The notes under the pieces were generated by a model. It saw only the letters and a program-made list of their open reading frames with translations, did no database searches and had not been told where the DNA came from. From the sequence record MW460245.1: 64,000 nt of DNA. The stretch is one strand, 5' to 3'. Of this stretch, positions 17,440 to 27,100 are shown piece by piece. The translations under genes were made by a program, and so were the position numbers. The stretch's first letter is position 1; each line of letters opens with the position of its first letter.

Positions 17440-17694
17440 CTATTTACTACCTTCAGAAAGGTTGTCAACGATGACGCTCATCCCGTAGAGGGTACCAATG
17501 CTGCCGACATTCTTAACCTTGTCTAAGAAGCGATTAACACCGTCGTTGAACGCAGCATGCATTTCCCATTTGTCCGTTATGAACAATGGCGTTCTCCCAG
17601 CTTTCGCCCTTCGCATGTAGCGGAAGCGGCCTGCTTGTGCCTTATTCGGCGGATGCTTCCTGTGCCGCCGCATACTCATCAAACTGGATGCCAT
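17440..17694 (-). CDS. Hypothetical basic protein
   Basis: Operonic position. Confidence 0.45.
   Translation of the reverse strand: MASSLMSMRRHRKHPPNKAQAGRFRYMRRAKAGRTPLFITDKWEMHAAFNDGVNRFLDKVKNVGSIGTLYGMSVIVDNLSEGSK
17441..17450 (-). promoter_or_regulatory. GTAGTAAATA motif upstream of queD
   Basis: Exact motif 24 nt upstream of the start. Confidence 0.6.
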
Positions 17695-18035
17695 AGAATT
17701 TCGTCCTTGATGTCTTCTTCGAGGATGACGGAATGTGCGGTTTGAATATGCACGTTGACGTTCATGCTGTCACCGACGTTGTTGGCCAAAGAGCAGCAAA
17801 TTGAACCAGCCTGAATGAGTTCCTGATTCACCCATTTCTCGAGGATGCGTACGAGCAGGCCAGTGATGATCCTGCGTTGTACATCGACAGGGAATATCTG
17901 CTCTCGGGAAAGCTGATCCCTGATGACCTGCTCGCGAGCCTCCCGCAGTTCCTGCATGATGAGGCGAAACACCATTGCCTGTTCAGCAGGAGACTGCAGG
18001 TAATAAGGCTTCGTAATGTGGTCGCGATTGTTCAT
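17679..18035 (-). CDS. Hypothetical protein
   Basis: ATGA coupling with the HD gene. Confidence 0.55.
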   Translation of the reverse strand: MNNRDHITKPYYLQSPAEQAMVFRLIMQELREAREQVIRDQLSREQIFPVDVQRRIITGLLVRILEKWVNQELIQAGSICCSLANNVGDSMNVNVHIQTAHSVILEEDIKDEILWHPV

Positions 18036-18790
18036 CGCATCACCGGCTCATCTTCCGATCCTACTGGCATCACCACACCACCCTGCGAATAGTCCCACTC
18101 ATTGACCAAGTCCACAAATGCACGCAGTGCACGGGTCAGTTGGAAGCGGCGCATATCCCGCGCGTATTCTGTGAACAGCTCTGCAGTCACCTGGAACGTG
18201 TAGACTCCGTCCACGAAGGCTTGAAGCTGTTCAACGGTAGCGCAGTCCATCCGCTTCCGATTCATCTCCTCGTACAAGCCGATGAGTACCTGACGGCCAG
18301 CCGGCGTGTACAGCATCATGAGGTCGGCATCGCGCAGGCATTTCTGAGAATACGTCACAGGTTCAACAGGGAATTGTTTGCCGTCGAACCACGTACACTT
18401 GATGAGGTCCACCACCGTTTCCACATCGTAGTCACTTCGGGCGCTGTTAGTGAGATAGCGCGGCATGTATTCACGCACGAAGGTAACAGCGCTATCGATG
18501 TTCCGTTCGTCCGACGTGACTCCACCGCTGTGGTTGAAGTCATGCATGAGCGCTGCAACCATCAGGTTATTCGAAGTGCGCAGCGAGAATTGTTCCTTCG
18601 GACCATGCATGAAGGCGCTGATCGCGTGGAACGCTACCAGCATCATGTGACCGACGTTGTGGTAAGGGTTCGCGCAGTGGACGCCTTGGTCCATCATACG
18701 TGCTACCTGACCGATGACGTTGTGTTGGGCAATGAACTCCTTACGCAGTTCGCCCAGCTCGAATACATTCATAGTGCCAAAGCTAGCCAT
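18032..18790 (-). CDS. HD-domain phosphohydrolase (PDEase-like)
   Basis: NPYHNVGH, AALMHDFNHSG, LRDADL. Confidence 0.8.
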   Translation of the reverse strand: MASFGTMNVFELGELRKEFIAQHNVIGQVARMMDQGVHCANPYHNVGHMMLVAFHAISAFMHGPKEQFSLRTSNNLMVAALMHDFNHSGGVTSDERNIDSAVTFVREYMPRYLTNSARSDYDVETVVDLIKCTWFDGKQFPVEPVTYSQKCLRDADLMMLYTPAGRQVLIGLYEEMNRKRMDCATVEQLQAFVDGVYTFQVTAELFTEYARDMRRFQLTRALRAFVDLVNEWDYSQGGVVMPVGSEDEPVMR

Positions 18791-18791
18791 G

Positions 18792-19814
18792 TTAACCTCG
18801 TTGAGTCTTCGTGTATGAAAGGGACTTCTCCAACAGCTTCACTACCTCCTTCGGGAGCTTCTTGCCTGTGAGGTGATAGCTGAATGCTTCGGCAATCGTC
18901 TCCTTGTAATTCTTGCATGCATACTCAGAGATGACAGGAGCCAGCTCTTTGTTCGTCACGCGTTTCGGCCATAGGTACTGAAGGTCATCGCGGTAGTCTG
19001 CTTCCCACAGCAGATCCAACTCCTTCGCAGTGATGCCATGCTGCTGGCTGATCGTGCGGAGAATCAGCTTGTATGCCTCAGTATCCTCTTCTGACAGATT
19101 GCTCTTGAAGTCAGACGGACGGTCTTCCTGTGCAAGCAGGTCAGTAAGGAAGCGTTTGCAATCCTCCGCCTTCACTTGCCCAATCTTGATTGAGCTATTG
19201 AAGAGGCGAACCCACTTTGCTTCTAGCTTCGTGCTGTTCTTCAAAAACTCGTAATGCCAGTGATGACCGAGCTCGTGATGAATCACGTACTGCATTTCAC
19301 TGAGCGGCTGGCACTCGGGATGAATCTGGAAACGATGCGGCATCTTCTCGCTGTTGGCCGAACGCAGATACATGCCGGCATACTTGCCACCGTTGTAGGG
19401 ATGCACTTCCCACAGACACGTCGTCGGATCGATCAGGTAGTCGAGACCATTCGCCTTGAGGGTCTTGTATGCCTTGCTGAACCCTTTCAGGATCTTGTCG
19501 CGTGTTTCCTTTTCAGGAGTGTAGAACCAGCAAAGTGCTCCGAAGTCTTCGTGCGTCTTGCGGCCCTTATACAGGGAACCTACCTCGGTACCGTACACCT
19601 TGCCTGCTGCGGGATCAGGACCCAGATTCAGGATCACGTCCTTCTTAGGTACTTCGACCTGTACGCGAAGCTTGGGGATATGCGAGTTCTTTTCAAGGGT
19701 ACCGGTCACGATGCCCTTGTGAATGCTTTCCATCTTGAATAGGAACTTACGTGCGCTCTTGCCAGCTTCGTCGCGTACTGTTCCGATAAGGTAATCGCCA
19801 GCCGTGAATTCCAT
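18792..19814 (-). CDS. Zincin-like metallopeptidase-domain protein
   Basis: IHHELGHHWH (HExxH) and distal Y..KN..E.IAEAF; RBS AAGGA before ATG 19814. Confidence 0.6.
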   Translation of the reverse strand: MEFTAGDYLIGTVRDEAGKSARKFLFKMESIHKGIVTGTLEKNSHIPKLRVQVEVPKKDVILNLGPDPAAGKVYGTEVGSLYKGRKTHEDFGALCWFYTPEKETRDKILKGFSKAYKTLKANGLDYLIDPTTCLWEVHPYNGGKYAGMYLRSANSEKMPHRFQIHPECQPLSEMQYVIHHELGHHWHYEFLKNSTKLEAKWVRLFNSSIKIGQVKAEDCKRFLTDLLAQEDRPSDFKSNLSEEDTEAYKLILRTISQQHGITAKELDLLWEADYRDDLQYLWPKRVTNKELAPVISEYACKNYKETIAEAFSYHLTGKKLPKEVVKLLEKSLSYTKTQRG

Positions 19815-19835
19815 AGCGTTCCTTGCGGCGTGAGA

Positions 19836-19878
19836 ATAAAAAGAAGGCCCTGAGCCTCGGGGGAGTAGACTCAGGGCC
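19836..19878 (-). terminator. Intrinsic terminator
   Basis: GGCCCTGAG/CTCAGGGCC stem followed by TTCTTTTTATT on the minus strand. Confidence 0.7.
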
Positions 19879-19920
19879 CATAAAGATCGGCTGCATGCCA
19901 GCACCGATCATGAAGAAACT

Positions 19921-20907
19921 TTATTGCGCTGCTGCGGGCGTTGCCGGCTGCGGATGACCACCTGCTTCGATTTCAGCGACGACGGCTGCCGGAACCGAAG
20001 CCGTTGCCATCACGACGTTGGTACCTTCGTCCTGCGGCAGAGCAGGTTGGTACGGTGCGTCATCCATCGGAGTCGACACGGAGGTCAGGCCACGCTGCGA
20101 GGCAGGCATTTCCTCGGCAGGCTCAGCATCCGGCTGTACTTCCTGATCCGTTGCCAGCACCAGCGTTGCGTAGCGCGTCGAGGTGTTCGCGTAGAAGTTC
20201 GGATACACACCGACCAGGTAATCCCAGTCGACCGTGATCTCAACACCCTTGTGAGTGCCGATGTAGACCACGCTGTAATAGTCCTGCTCCGGGTTGCTGC
20301 TGCTGAACGACTTGTAGATGTCTTCCAGCGTCAGGCCTTCCTTCAGCTCGATGCTGAATTCGTGCATGAGGCGGCCCGACTTCACGTCCGGCATTTGCGC
20401 GTAGCCTGCGACTGCGCTGCTCAGGAGGTTCGCGTCGATAACCGGCGGCTTAATCACTTGGCCCTGCGGTGCTGCGGTACCGAACGTCGTCACCAGACCT
20501 TCGGTGCGCGGCACGACAGCAACACCACCTTCGCTTTCCTGCTCTGCCACCGAAGCCTTTGCAGCCTGCATGATCGGATGCTGGTCAAGCGGAACGTTGT
20601 TCTGCACAACCATTTCCGACTCTTCCTCTTCACCCGGAAGTGCTTCGAACAGTTCGGTGACAGCGATCTCGACGTCCGGATCGACATTGTGGAACTTGCG
20701 CTTGGCGAGGAACTTCGCACGCGGCACACAAAAGACGTTGCCTTGTTGGTCAGCATAGATGACGCTGATCGGGTACTCACCTTGGCGCGACTTCGGAACC
20801 GCTTCGTTGACGGTCATCAGGACGGTGTGCTCGGAACCTTTGTCCGTTTTCCACACAGAGCCCTGGGTCAGGAATTCGAGGTCGATCGGGGATACTGCAT
20901 TGCTCAT
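19921..20907 (-). CDS. Hypothetical protein with Pro/Ala-rich C-terminus
   Basis: RBS AAGGA before MSNAVSP; strong GC3 codon bias. Confidence 0.7.
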   Translation of the reverse strand: MSNAVSPIDLEFLTQGSVWKTDKGSEHTVLMTVNEAVPKSRQGEYPISVIYADQQGNVFCVPRAKFLAKRKFHNVDPDVEIAVTELFEALPGEEEESEMVVQNNVPLDQHPIMQAAKASVAEQESEGGVAVVPRTEGLVTTFGTAAPQGQVIKPPVIDANLLSSAVAGYAQMPDVKSGRLMHEFSIELKEGLTLEDIYKSFSSSNPEQDYYSVVYIGTHKGVEITVDWDYLVGVYPNFYANTSTRYATLVLATDQEVQPDAEPAEEMPASQRGLTSVSTPMDDAPYQPALPQDEGTNVVMATASVPAAVVAEIEAGGHPQPATPAAAQ

Positions 20908-20968
20908 GATTGATCCTTTAAGGAAAGGGATGTCGTCGGCCGACGAGTTAGTTTTTGCCCTACGCGCT

Positions 20969-21352
20969 TTATTTACTACCTGTGGGAACCTGCAGAGTAG
21001 TAGGATTTCCATCAGGCGCATGCGCGTTTGCAATAGCAAGAGCGAGGTCTGCATTCATGTTGAACGCCTTACGAACAACCTCTGCCAGCGACTGGTGGTT
21101 ACGACGGCAGCTTTGGTACTGCGCGTTCCATCGTGCAGCTTGATCCAGAAAGTCCTTCTGGTTGAGAGTGCGGTCTGGCATCGCGTCCAGATACTGATCG
21201 CAGTCCTCCAGAAGAGCCGGATCGATGTTGACCCGCTCCTTCTGCGGTACCATCGGTATGGTGGGCTGGACTTGAACAGGTGCAGTAGTGCAACCGACTG
21301 CGAACACCAGAACGATTACGGCGAGACAAAGGGCGATGGCTGTATAACGCAT
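20969..21352 (-). CDS. Outer-membrane spanin (o-spanin, lipoprotein)
   Basis: Hydrophobic signal with lipobox AVGC, Pro-rich linker, L.E.C...L; directly follows the i-spanin. Confidence 0.75.
   Translation of the reverse strand: MRYTAIALCLAVIVLVFAVGCTTAPVQVQPTIPMVPQKERVNIDPALLEDCDQYLDAMPDRTLNQKDFLDQAARWNAQYQSCRRNHQSLAEVVRKAFNMNADLALAIANAHAPDGNPTTLQVPTGSK
20970..20979 (-). promoter_or_regulatory. GTAGTAAATA motif
   Basis: Exact motif 63 nt upstream of the 20907 start. Confidence 0.55.
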
Positions 21353-21741
21353 TAACTTCCTCCACTTAACAGCAGCGCGTTAGCTGCCTTAACGGTAGCA
21401 GGCGTAATAGCGCACGTGGTCGCCTGCTGAGGGTTATCCTTCACGTATTGGGTGATGATGGTGCTTTGCTTTGCTTCGAGGAGCTTCTGCAAAGCACGGT
21501 TCGCCGATGCAGCGTTCTGGCTTTGGAGTTCCAGGTCGCTGATCTTTTTGTTGTCAGCCTCGCGACGTTGATTCTCGTCTCTGTCGCGGGCCTGGAGTTG
21601 GTCTTTGAAGCCTTGGACTTCCTTGTCACGAGACTTCTGACCTTTCGGGTAGCCATCCTCGTAACCAGAGCTATGACCCCATTCGTACACACCAAACAGC
21701 AGGGCGGCTACAGCGGCAGCACCTGCCAGATATTTCCACAT
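21352..21741 (-). CDS. Inner-membrane spanin (i-spanin)
   Basis: N-terminal TM helix, GY..GY, coiled coil, C-terminal Cys. Confidence 0.75.
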   Translation of the reverse strand: MWKYLAGAAAVAALLFGVYEWGHSSGYEDGYPKGQKSRDKEVQGFKDQLQARDRDENQRREADNKKISDLELQSQNAASANRALQKLLEAKQSTIITQYVKDNPQQATTCAITPATVKAANALLLSGGS

Positions 21742-21765
21742 ATGCGCTCCTAAGAAAAGTGCAGC

Positions 21766-22824
21766 TTAACTAAAATAACGGCTCTTGATTTTGTTCCGAA
21801 TCCAATCTGGACAAGAATCCGGGTCCCACAGAGATACACCTGCACGTTTTGCAGCCTTGCTTGGTTCCTTCTTGTGCTCGTACTCAAGCCAAGGGCTGCC
21901 CCTCATCTTCCACAGCGCCAACGATTTGTACGTCAGCACTGGGTACTCCTTCAGTGACGCCTTGATCTTCTTTGTTGCTTCACGGCCAGCGCAGTCACCA
22001 TCCATGAACAGCACAACGGTTTCGACGCCTGTAGCAGCAATGATCTCGCACTTCGCTTTGCCCCAGCTTTGTGTGCCGAGAATGGAGACAGCAGGTATGC
22101 CGGCCAATATCAGCTTGAGGGCGTCGCGCTGCCCTTCAACAAGCACCAGCGTAATCGGCTTACCTATCTCCTTGGCAATGCGCTTCGCCATCTTGACGCT
22201 GTAATCCAAAGGGAAGAGGCCGTGTGTCTTAGACCAACTACCCTTCGCGTTCACGTAAGACGGATGTTCAGCGTGTTTACGGAAGCGAGCCTTGATGTAA
22301 CCGACTAGCTCTCCGTTCACCGTGCAAGGCAGATATAAGCGACGCTCTGACCAATAGTCAAATTCCTCGTTGTAGAACTCTGCGCTGCGTGCTCCGATCT
22401 TACGCAACAGCTTGGTCGGTATGCCTCGCCAGCGCTTCCCTTTCGCCAGCTTGCGCACGTTACGCATGCGCTCCTGCACGAAGTCAGAAACACCCTCTTC
22501 GTCCTCTTCTACCTCGAGGCGCTTGAGGGCAGTGTGCAAGGTGTTAGCGAACTCATCCTTGGGCTTACCCTTAACGAACGGCTTGAGGCCAAGCTTCTCT
22601 GCGATGTCATCCCACTTACCACCTTGGCCACAACCATAGCATTTTCCGTACCCAGGTGAATTGGTTGTGTCGCCATGAAACACACGAAACGATGGTGTCT
22701 TCTCAGAGTGAAAGGGACATGCGACGAAGGTTGAGTCACCCATCGTCCTCTTCTCACCACTGTACTGCTGTAACTGCTCACGAACGAACGACAGCCGTTG
22801 AAAGCGGTCAAGTGCCTCGCTCAT
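21766..22824 (-). CDS. dnaG: DNA primase (CHC2 zinc finger + TOPRIM)
   Basis: CPFHSEKTPSF...CYGCG; LVEGQRDAL; FMDGDCAG. Confidence 0.9.
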   Translation of the reverse strand: MSEALDRFQRLSFVREQLQQYSGEKRTMGDSTFVACPFHSEKTPSFRVFHGDTTNSPGYGKCYGCGQGGKWDDIAEKLGLKPFVKGKPKDEFANTLHTALKRLEVEEDEEGVSDFVQERMRNVRKLAKGKRWRGIPTKLLRKIGARSAEFYNEEFDYWSERRLYLPCTVNGELVGYIKARFRKHAEHPSYVNAKGSWSKTHGLFPLDYSVKMAKRIAKEIGKPITLVLVEGQRDALKLILAGIPAVSILGTQSWGKAKCEIIAATGVETVVLFMDGDCAGREATKKIKASLKEYPVLTYKSLALWKMRGSPWLEYEHKKEPSKAAKRAGVSLWDPDSCPDWIRNKIKSRYFS

Positions 22825-22832
22825 GGAAACTC

Positions 22833-23531
22833 CTACGATTCGTCCGACGCCAAGCTTACCAGAGTCGGATCCTTAAACAGCCGGACATCAAGAGCATTGA
22901 AAGCCCTCAACATGGAGAGCTCTGACTGGAAGCTTGATGTCCACCGCCACCAATGACTACATACAGCCTGGGTCGGGAGAAACACAGGTCGATCGATGAT
23001 CGGCGGGAATCGGAAGAACACGTACCGCAAGGGATGGAGAGAACGAACGCGATCCACCACATCGTCTTCTGTCGACCACAATAGCTGCACACTACCATTT
23101 ACTGTGGACACCATACCATACAGGTAGATGGGAATCTGACGTGACAGGAAGGCAAAGTAGCCGTGTGATGACGCATTGTTAATCATCACCGCATAGTTGG
23201 TGCAGTCCTCAGCATCCAGCTCTTCTTGAAGACGGTGAAGCTTGTTGAGGTGCCTGCTACCTTCATACTGCGAATCGATTTGGGACAGCTTCTGGCTCAG
23301 GGATTTGTACAGCGGCTCCTCAGTCATGTAATCGATGCGCAGCAGCTTGTCGCGCTGCGGCAGACTCATGACCTCAGCCTCGTAAGTCGAATACGTGTAC
23401 CAGAAACCAGTGAAACGGCTTTGGAAGTGTGCGCCGCTTTCGCCACCTTCATACAACTTGAACGGTTGCGTAGGGCTGTTAGCAGCTAGAACAACTGCCC
23501 CGTAGAGCAGCTGGTCAGAAATGGGAATCAT
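22833..23531 (-). CDS. Hypothetical protein
   Basis: Operonic with the primase. Confidence 0.6.
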   Translation of the reverse strand: MIPISDQLLYGAVVLAANSPTQPFKLYEGGESGAHFQSRFTGFWYTYSTYEAEVMSLPQRDKLLRIDYMTEEPLYKSLSQKLSQIDSQYEGSRHLNKLHRLQEELDAEDCTNYAVMINNASSHGYFAFLSRQIPIYLYGMVSTVNGSVQLLWSTEDDVVDRVRSLHPLRYVFFRFPPIIDRPVFLPTQAVCSHWWRWTSSFQSELSMLRAFNALDVRLFKDPTLVSLASDES

Positions 23532-23547
23532 GCGAACCTCGTGGGCT

Positions 23548-23940
23548 TTAATGCGTACCTAATGGTTTCGGGATCGGTAGCTCCTCGTGACGGATGAAGC
23601 CACCGAAACATTGCGCGAACAAGAATGGGTTCTCTATCTCCGCATCCTGTAGCACCTTCAATACCGACTGAACTACCTTGAGGCGAGCCTCTTCATCGGC
23701 GGCATAGAAGTGCAGACTATAGAGCTCTGAATCGAACGTGAGGAAATCCTGCTCCACATTCTCTGACGCATTGAATCTTGCGATGGTCAGTTGGTAGTTA
23801 GCGAAGGGAGCATGTCGCGACTCCCTCACGTCGTTCAGCATCAACATGTACACGGTAGGGTCCCGAAACCGCTTACTATCGAACACCATCCAAGACTCAT
23901 CGTCCTCTCGGCGGTCGATCATGTAGCGAGGACCTTCCAT
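23548..23940 (-). CDS. Hypothetical protein
   Basis: Abuts the upstream stop; RBS GGAGG. Confidence 0.6.
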   Translation of the reverse strand: MEGPRYMIDRREDDESWMVFDSKRFRDPTVYMLMLNDVRESRHAPFANYQLTIARFNASENVEQDFLTFDSELYSLHFYAADEEARLKVVQSVLKVLQDAEIENPFLFAQCFGGFIRHEELPIPKPLGTH

Positions 23941-24174
23941 TCAACCTCCCTGTGCGAGGAGCCAGTTACGCAAGTCTTCGAGATTGTCGAGGAAGCGTTG
24001 TGGTATCCCTGACTGACCTTGTTCGTTGACAGCAGTGCGTGCCAGCTCTACATGCAACGCCTCGATCTTGCCCCTGACTTCATACAGCTCTTTGCGGCGC
24101 TGTTCAGAACGTTGGCGATGGCGTTTCACCTCAGCCTCCGTCAGCCTGAACAAGCTTGGATCATAGTGGCTCAT
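23941..24174 (-). CDS. Hypothetical coiled-coil protein
   Basis: ATGA coupling with the polymerase stop. Confidence 0.55.
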   Translation of the reverse strand: MSHYDPSLFRLTEAEVKRHRQRSEQRRKELYEVRGKIEALHVELARTAVNEQGQSGIPQRFLDNLEDLRNWLLAQGG

Positions 24175-27100
24175 GCTTTCTCCTTCTTTGACTTCGCCTT
24201 GTCGATAGCTTCCTTAGCTGCCTTCTTAGCAGCCTTGCGTTCAGCCTTTTCAGAGGCGTCGAATTCATCCAGTGCAGTCTGAATCTGCTCGTCCAGATCA
24301 GTAACACCAAGCAGCGGGAAATGCTTCTGCAAGTAGTTACGAATCTTCGGATTGCGCCACGACTCTAGAATCTCGTCCATCACTTCCTCTTGCGTACCTT
24401 CGAGGAGGCCAAGCTCGTCAGCATCCTTCACAGTTTGCTTGAGGTTCGATAGCAGGTTCGGAATCGTCCAGTCCCACTTGTACGACTGCGAGTCAACTGC
24501 CGCGGTCTCCAGTTCGATCTCCGGTTCAACCGTGAACTCCAGACCGAATTCATCCTTGTACCGCTTCGTGACTTCATACGTTGCAGCCCATTGAAGCATG
24601 TGGATGACTGGCAGCATCATGCTATAGATAACGCTCAGATAGTTCGCATCGTGAACCACTCGGTTATACAGCACCTTGAGTTCCCACAGCGTCCGGCTCT
24701 GACCTTGCATAGCTGCAATCTTCGGCGCATGCTTGTAGTAGAGCTCCATGAAGACTCGCGATGCCTTGATACCGATCTCCGATGCAAGCCCCTGAACAGG
24801 ACCGTTGGTACCGCGACGCACCTGCTGGGACACAATCGCACGGTCAGTCGTCATAGCAGCTGGGAGGAAGCGACGACGGCCGATCGGCGAGTACACGTAA
24901 TACTCTTTCTCTGCAAGCTCCGACATGTCCCGCGTCCACTTAGCGCCGGCCTTAAACTCAGTCATCATCTTGTCGATGATACCCTGCGCATAGTCGGTAC
25001 GATCCTCTGCGAGCAGCTCAGCCAGCTTCTTATCTGCGGCGTTCAGTTCCTTGCGAATCGTTTTGATATCACGTTCGCCTTCACCCTTCTCCGCAGCAAG
25101 GAGCTCGTTGTATAGCGTACTGATGGACGACTTGAACGCGTTCATGTCTGCCTGCTTCGTGTCGATACCAAGCGTTTCTGCACCCTTGCCGTACAGAACA
25201 CCGAACACGACGGCCTTAATCGCGTCACGCAGCGGATCGCTCTTCTCCACCCACTTACCGAAGAATCGGAACACGTTCTGGATGTGAATGTCGCCCTTCG
25301 TCTTGAGCTCCTTGAACACCGCATCACGTTCCTCTTTTGTGAGGCATTTGATGAGTTGCTTACGAAGCTTCTGACCTGCCTTGAATGCACCAGCAAGGAC
25401 CTTGTCACCCGAGATAACAGACCAGATGCGAACCTCGTGTGCGCTGTAGTCGTAACGAACGAACAGCCTGCCCTTGGTCGTTTCAAACATCCGCTTGATG
25501 TACTTCGCAATCTTCGAACGCTGCGGAATCGTTTGCAACGATGGATTACGAGACGCAAGACGACCAGTCACAACGTCCCAGAACGAGTAGTCAGGTCGCA
25601 GGTGACTGTCAGTTACCGAGTCAGCGTTGCGCGTCAGCTTCTTAAACCAGCCACGCACGTAGGTACTCAGAAGCTTCTCAGTTTCCTGATACGTCGAATA
25701 AGACTGGAGAACCTTGTTCTTATCCTTGTACGCCTTCACGAACGCCTTGTCTGCCTGAGGCTCGCCAGTCTTCGTGTGGTCGAGGGGTTCGAGGCCCATG
25801 ACATCAAAGAACAGAGTACGCTTGTGGTCAGGCTTGCTCCACTTGAACACCCAGTTCGATACGTCCTTCTTCACCTTCGCGAATGCGAGCAACGACTTCG
25901 CCTTCAGACCTGAATCACCGATGAGGCGCTTGTTAGCCTCGATCACCTCAGGTTGCTGTCGCATCTCGTTCAATGCTTTGGACAGTTCAGCCTTCAGCGG
26001 CGACTCTTGACCCATCAAGAACTTCAGGTACTTCATCGAAACAAGCGAACCGTCCTCTCGCAGGTGCGACAGCTGGTGCGCGGTATCACTCATCTGGTAC
26101 ATCATGTGGCGAATGAAATACTTTTTGTAGTTCCGTTCCTCAAGTTGCATCATCGATGCGCGCTTGATTTGTTGCTTCTTCATGGCCAGCAGACTCACAA
26201 CGTCCGTTGCCATGTACTTCATCACGCTCTTCTTGTTCGGGCGAATCGCGATGATGGTCGCGCGGTCTTCCTTCTTGAACTCAGAGGTGAAGTAGGTGTC
26301 GTTACCGTAGCTGCACAGGATCGGAGCGAGACCACCATGCTTACCCTTCATGAAGCCAGATAGCAGTCCGATGTTTTCATCCAGCAAGTGTTCACCTGCT
26401 GTAATCTCCCAGACGCGATACCAAATCATCGGTATCTTCAATGCGCGTCGGATGATCCGCAAGTCAAACATCCCGTTGAAGGTCAGCAGCGTTTGATCTT
26501 GTACGACCGTCTCGCTGAACAACTCCTTGAGACGTTTCTTGATGTACTTGCGTTCGTCTTTGCTCCAGTCGGCCAGCGGGTGATCGACCGAAATGATGTA
26601 GCCCTTGTTCGGCGTGTGGTCGAACGCAAACTGGATCGTCAAAAGCTTGTTGTGCAGCACGCTAAGGTTCTTCGTCTCCGTGTCGACCGCAATCTCCTTC
26701 GCCTTGCGGAACATCACGCAGACCTTGTCGAACATCTCGATGCTGTCCACATACTTCGGGATAACCTCAAGCTTCGACAGGTCATGAGGATTGCGACCTA
26801 GCATGAGGTTCATCAAGTGACGACAGTAGAACCCGATCAGGTTCGCGTGTTCAGAGCTGCGGTCAAGCATCTTGAACAGATCGAGGGTCGGTACGACCTT
26901 CAAGCTGTGGCGCTCACCATCAGCCTTGTAAGACATATCGAACACCCAACCATTCTTGTAACGCGCATCCTCAACATCGGGATACAAAGCCTCGAATGCC
27001 TCAGTACCAGATACAAGCATGTGAGTCGGCTTCAGCTTCTTCACCAGTTTCTGGATGCGCTGCGCGAATTGCGCCTCAGCATCGCGTCGAGCCTGTTTCT

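Noticed and set aside
22833-23531. Possible glutamine amidotransferase (Gat-QueC-like) domain
   Set aside because: No N-terminal Cys nucleophile or Ntn motifs; only a vague LWSTE resemblance
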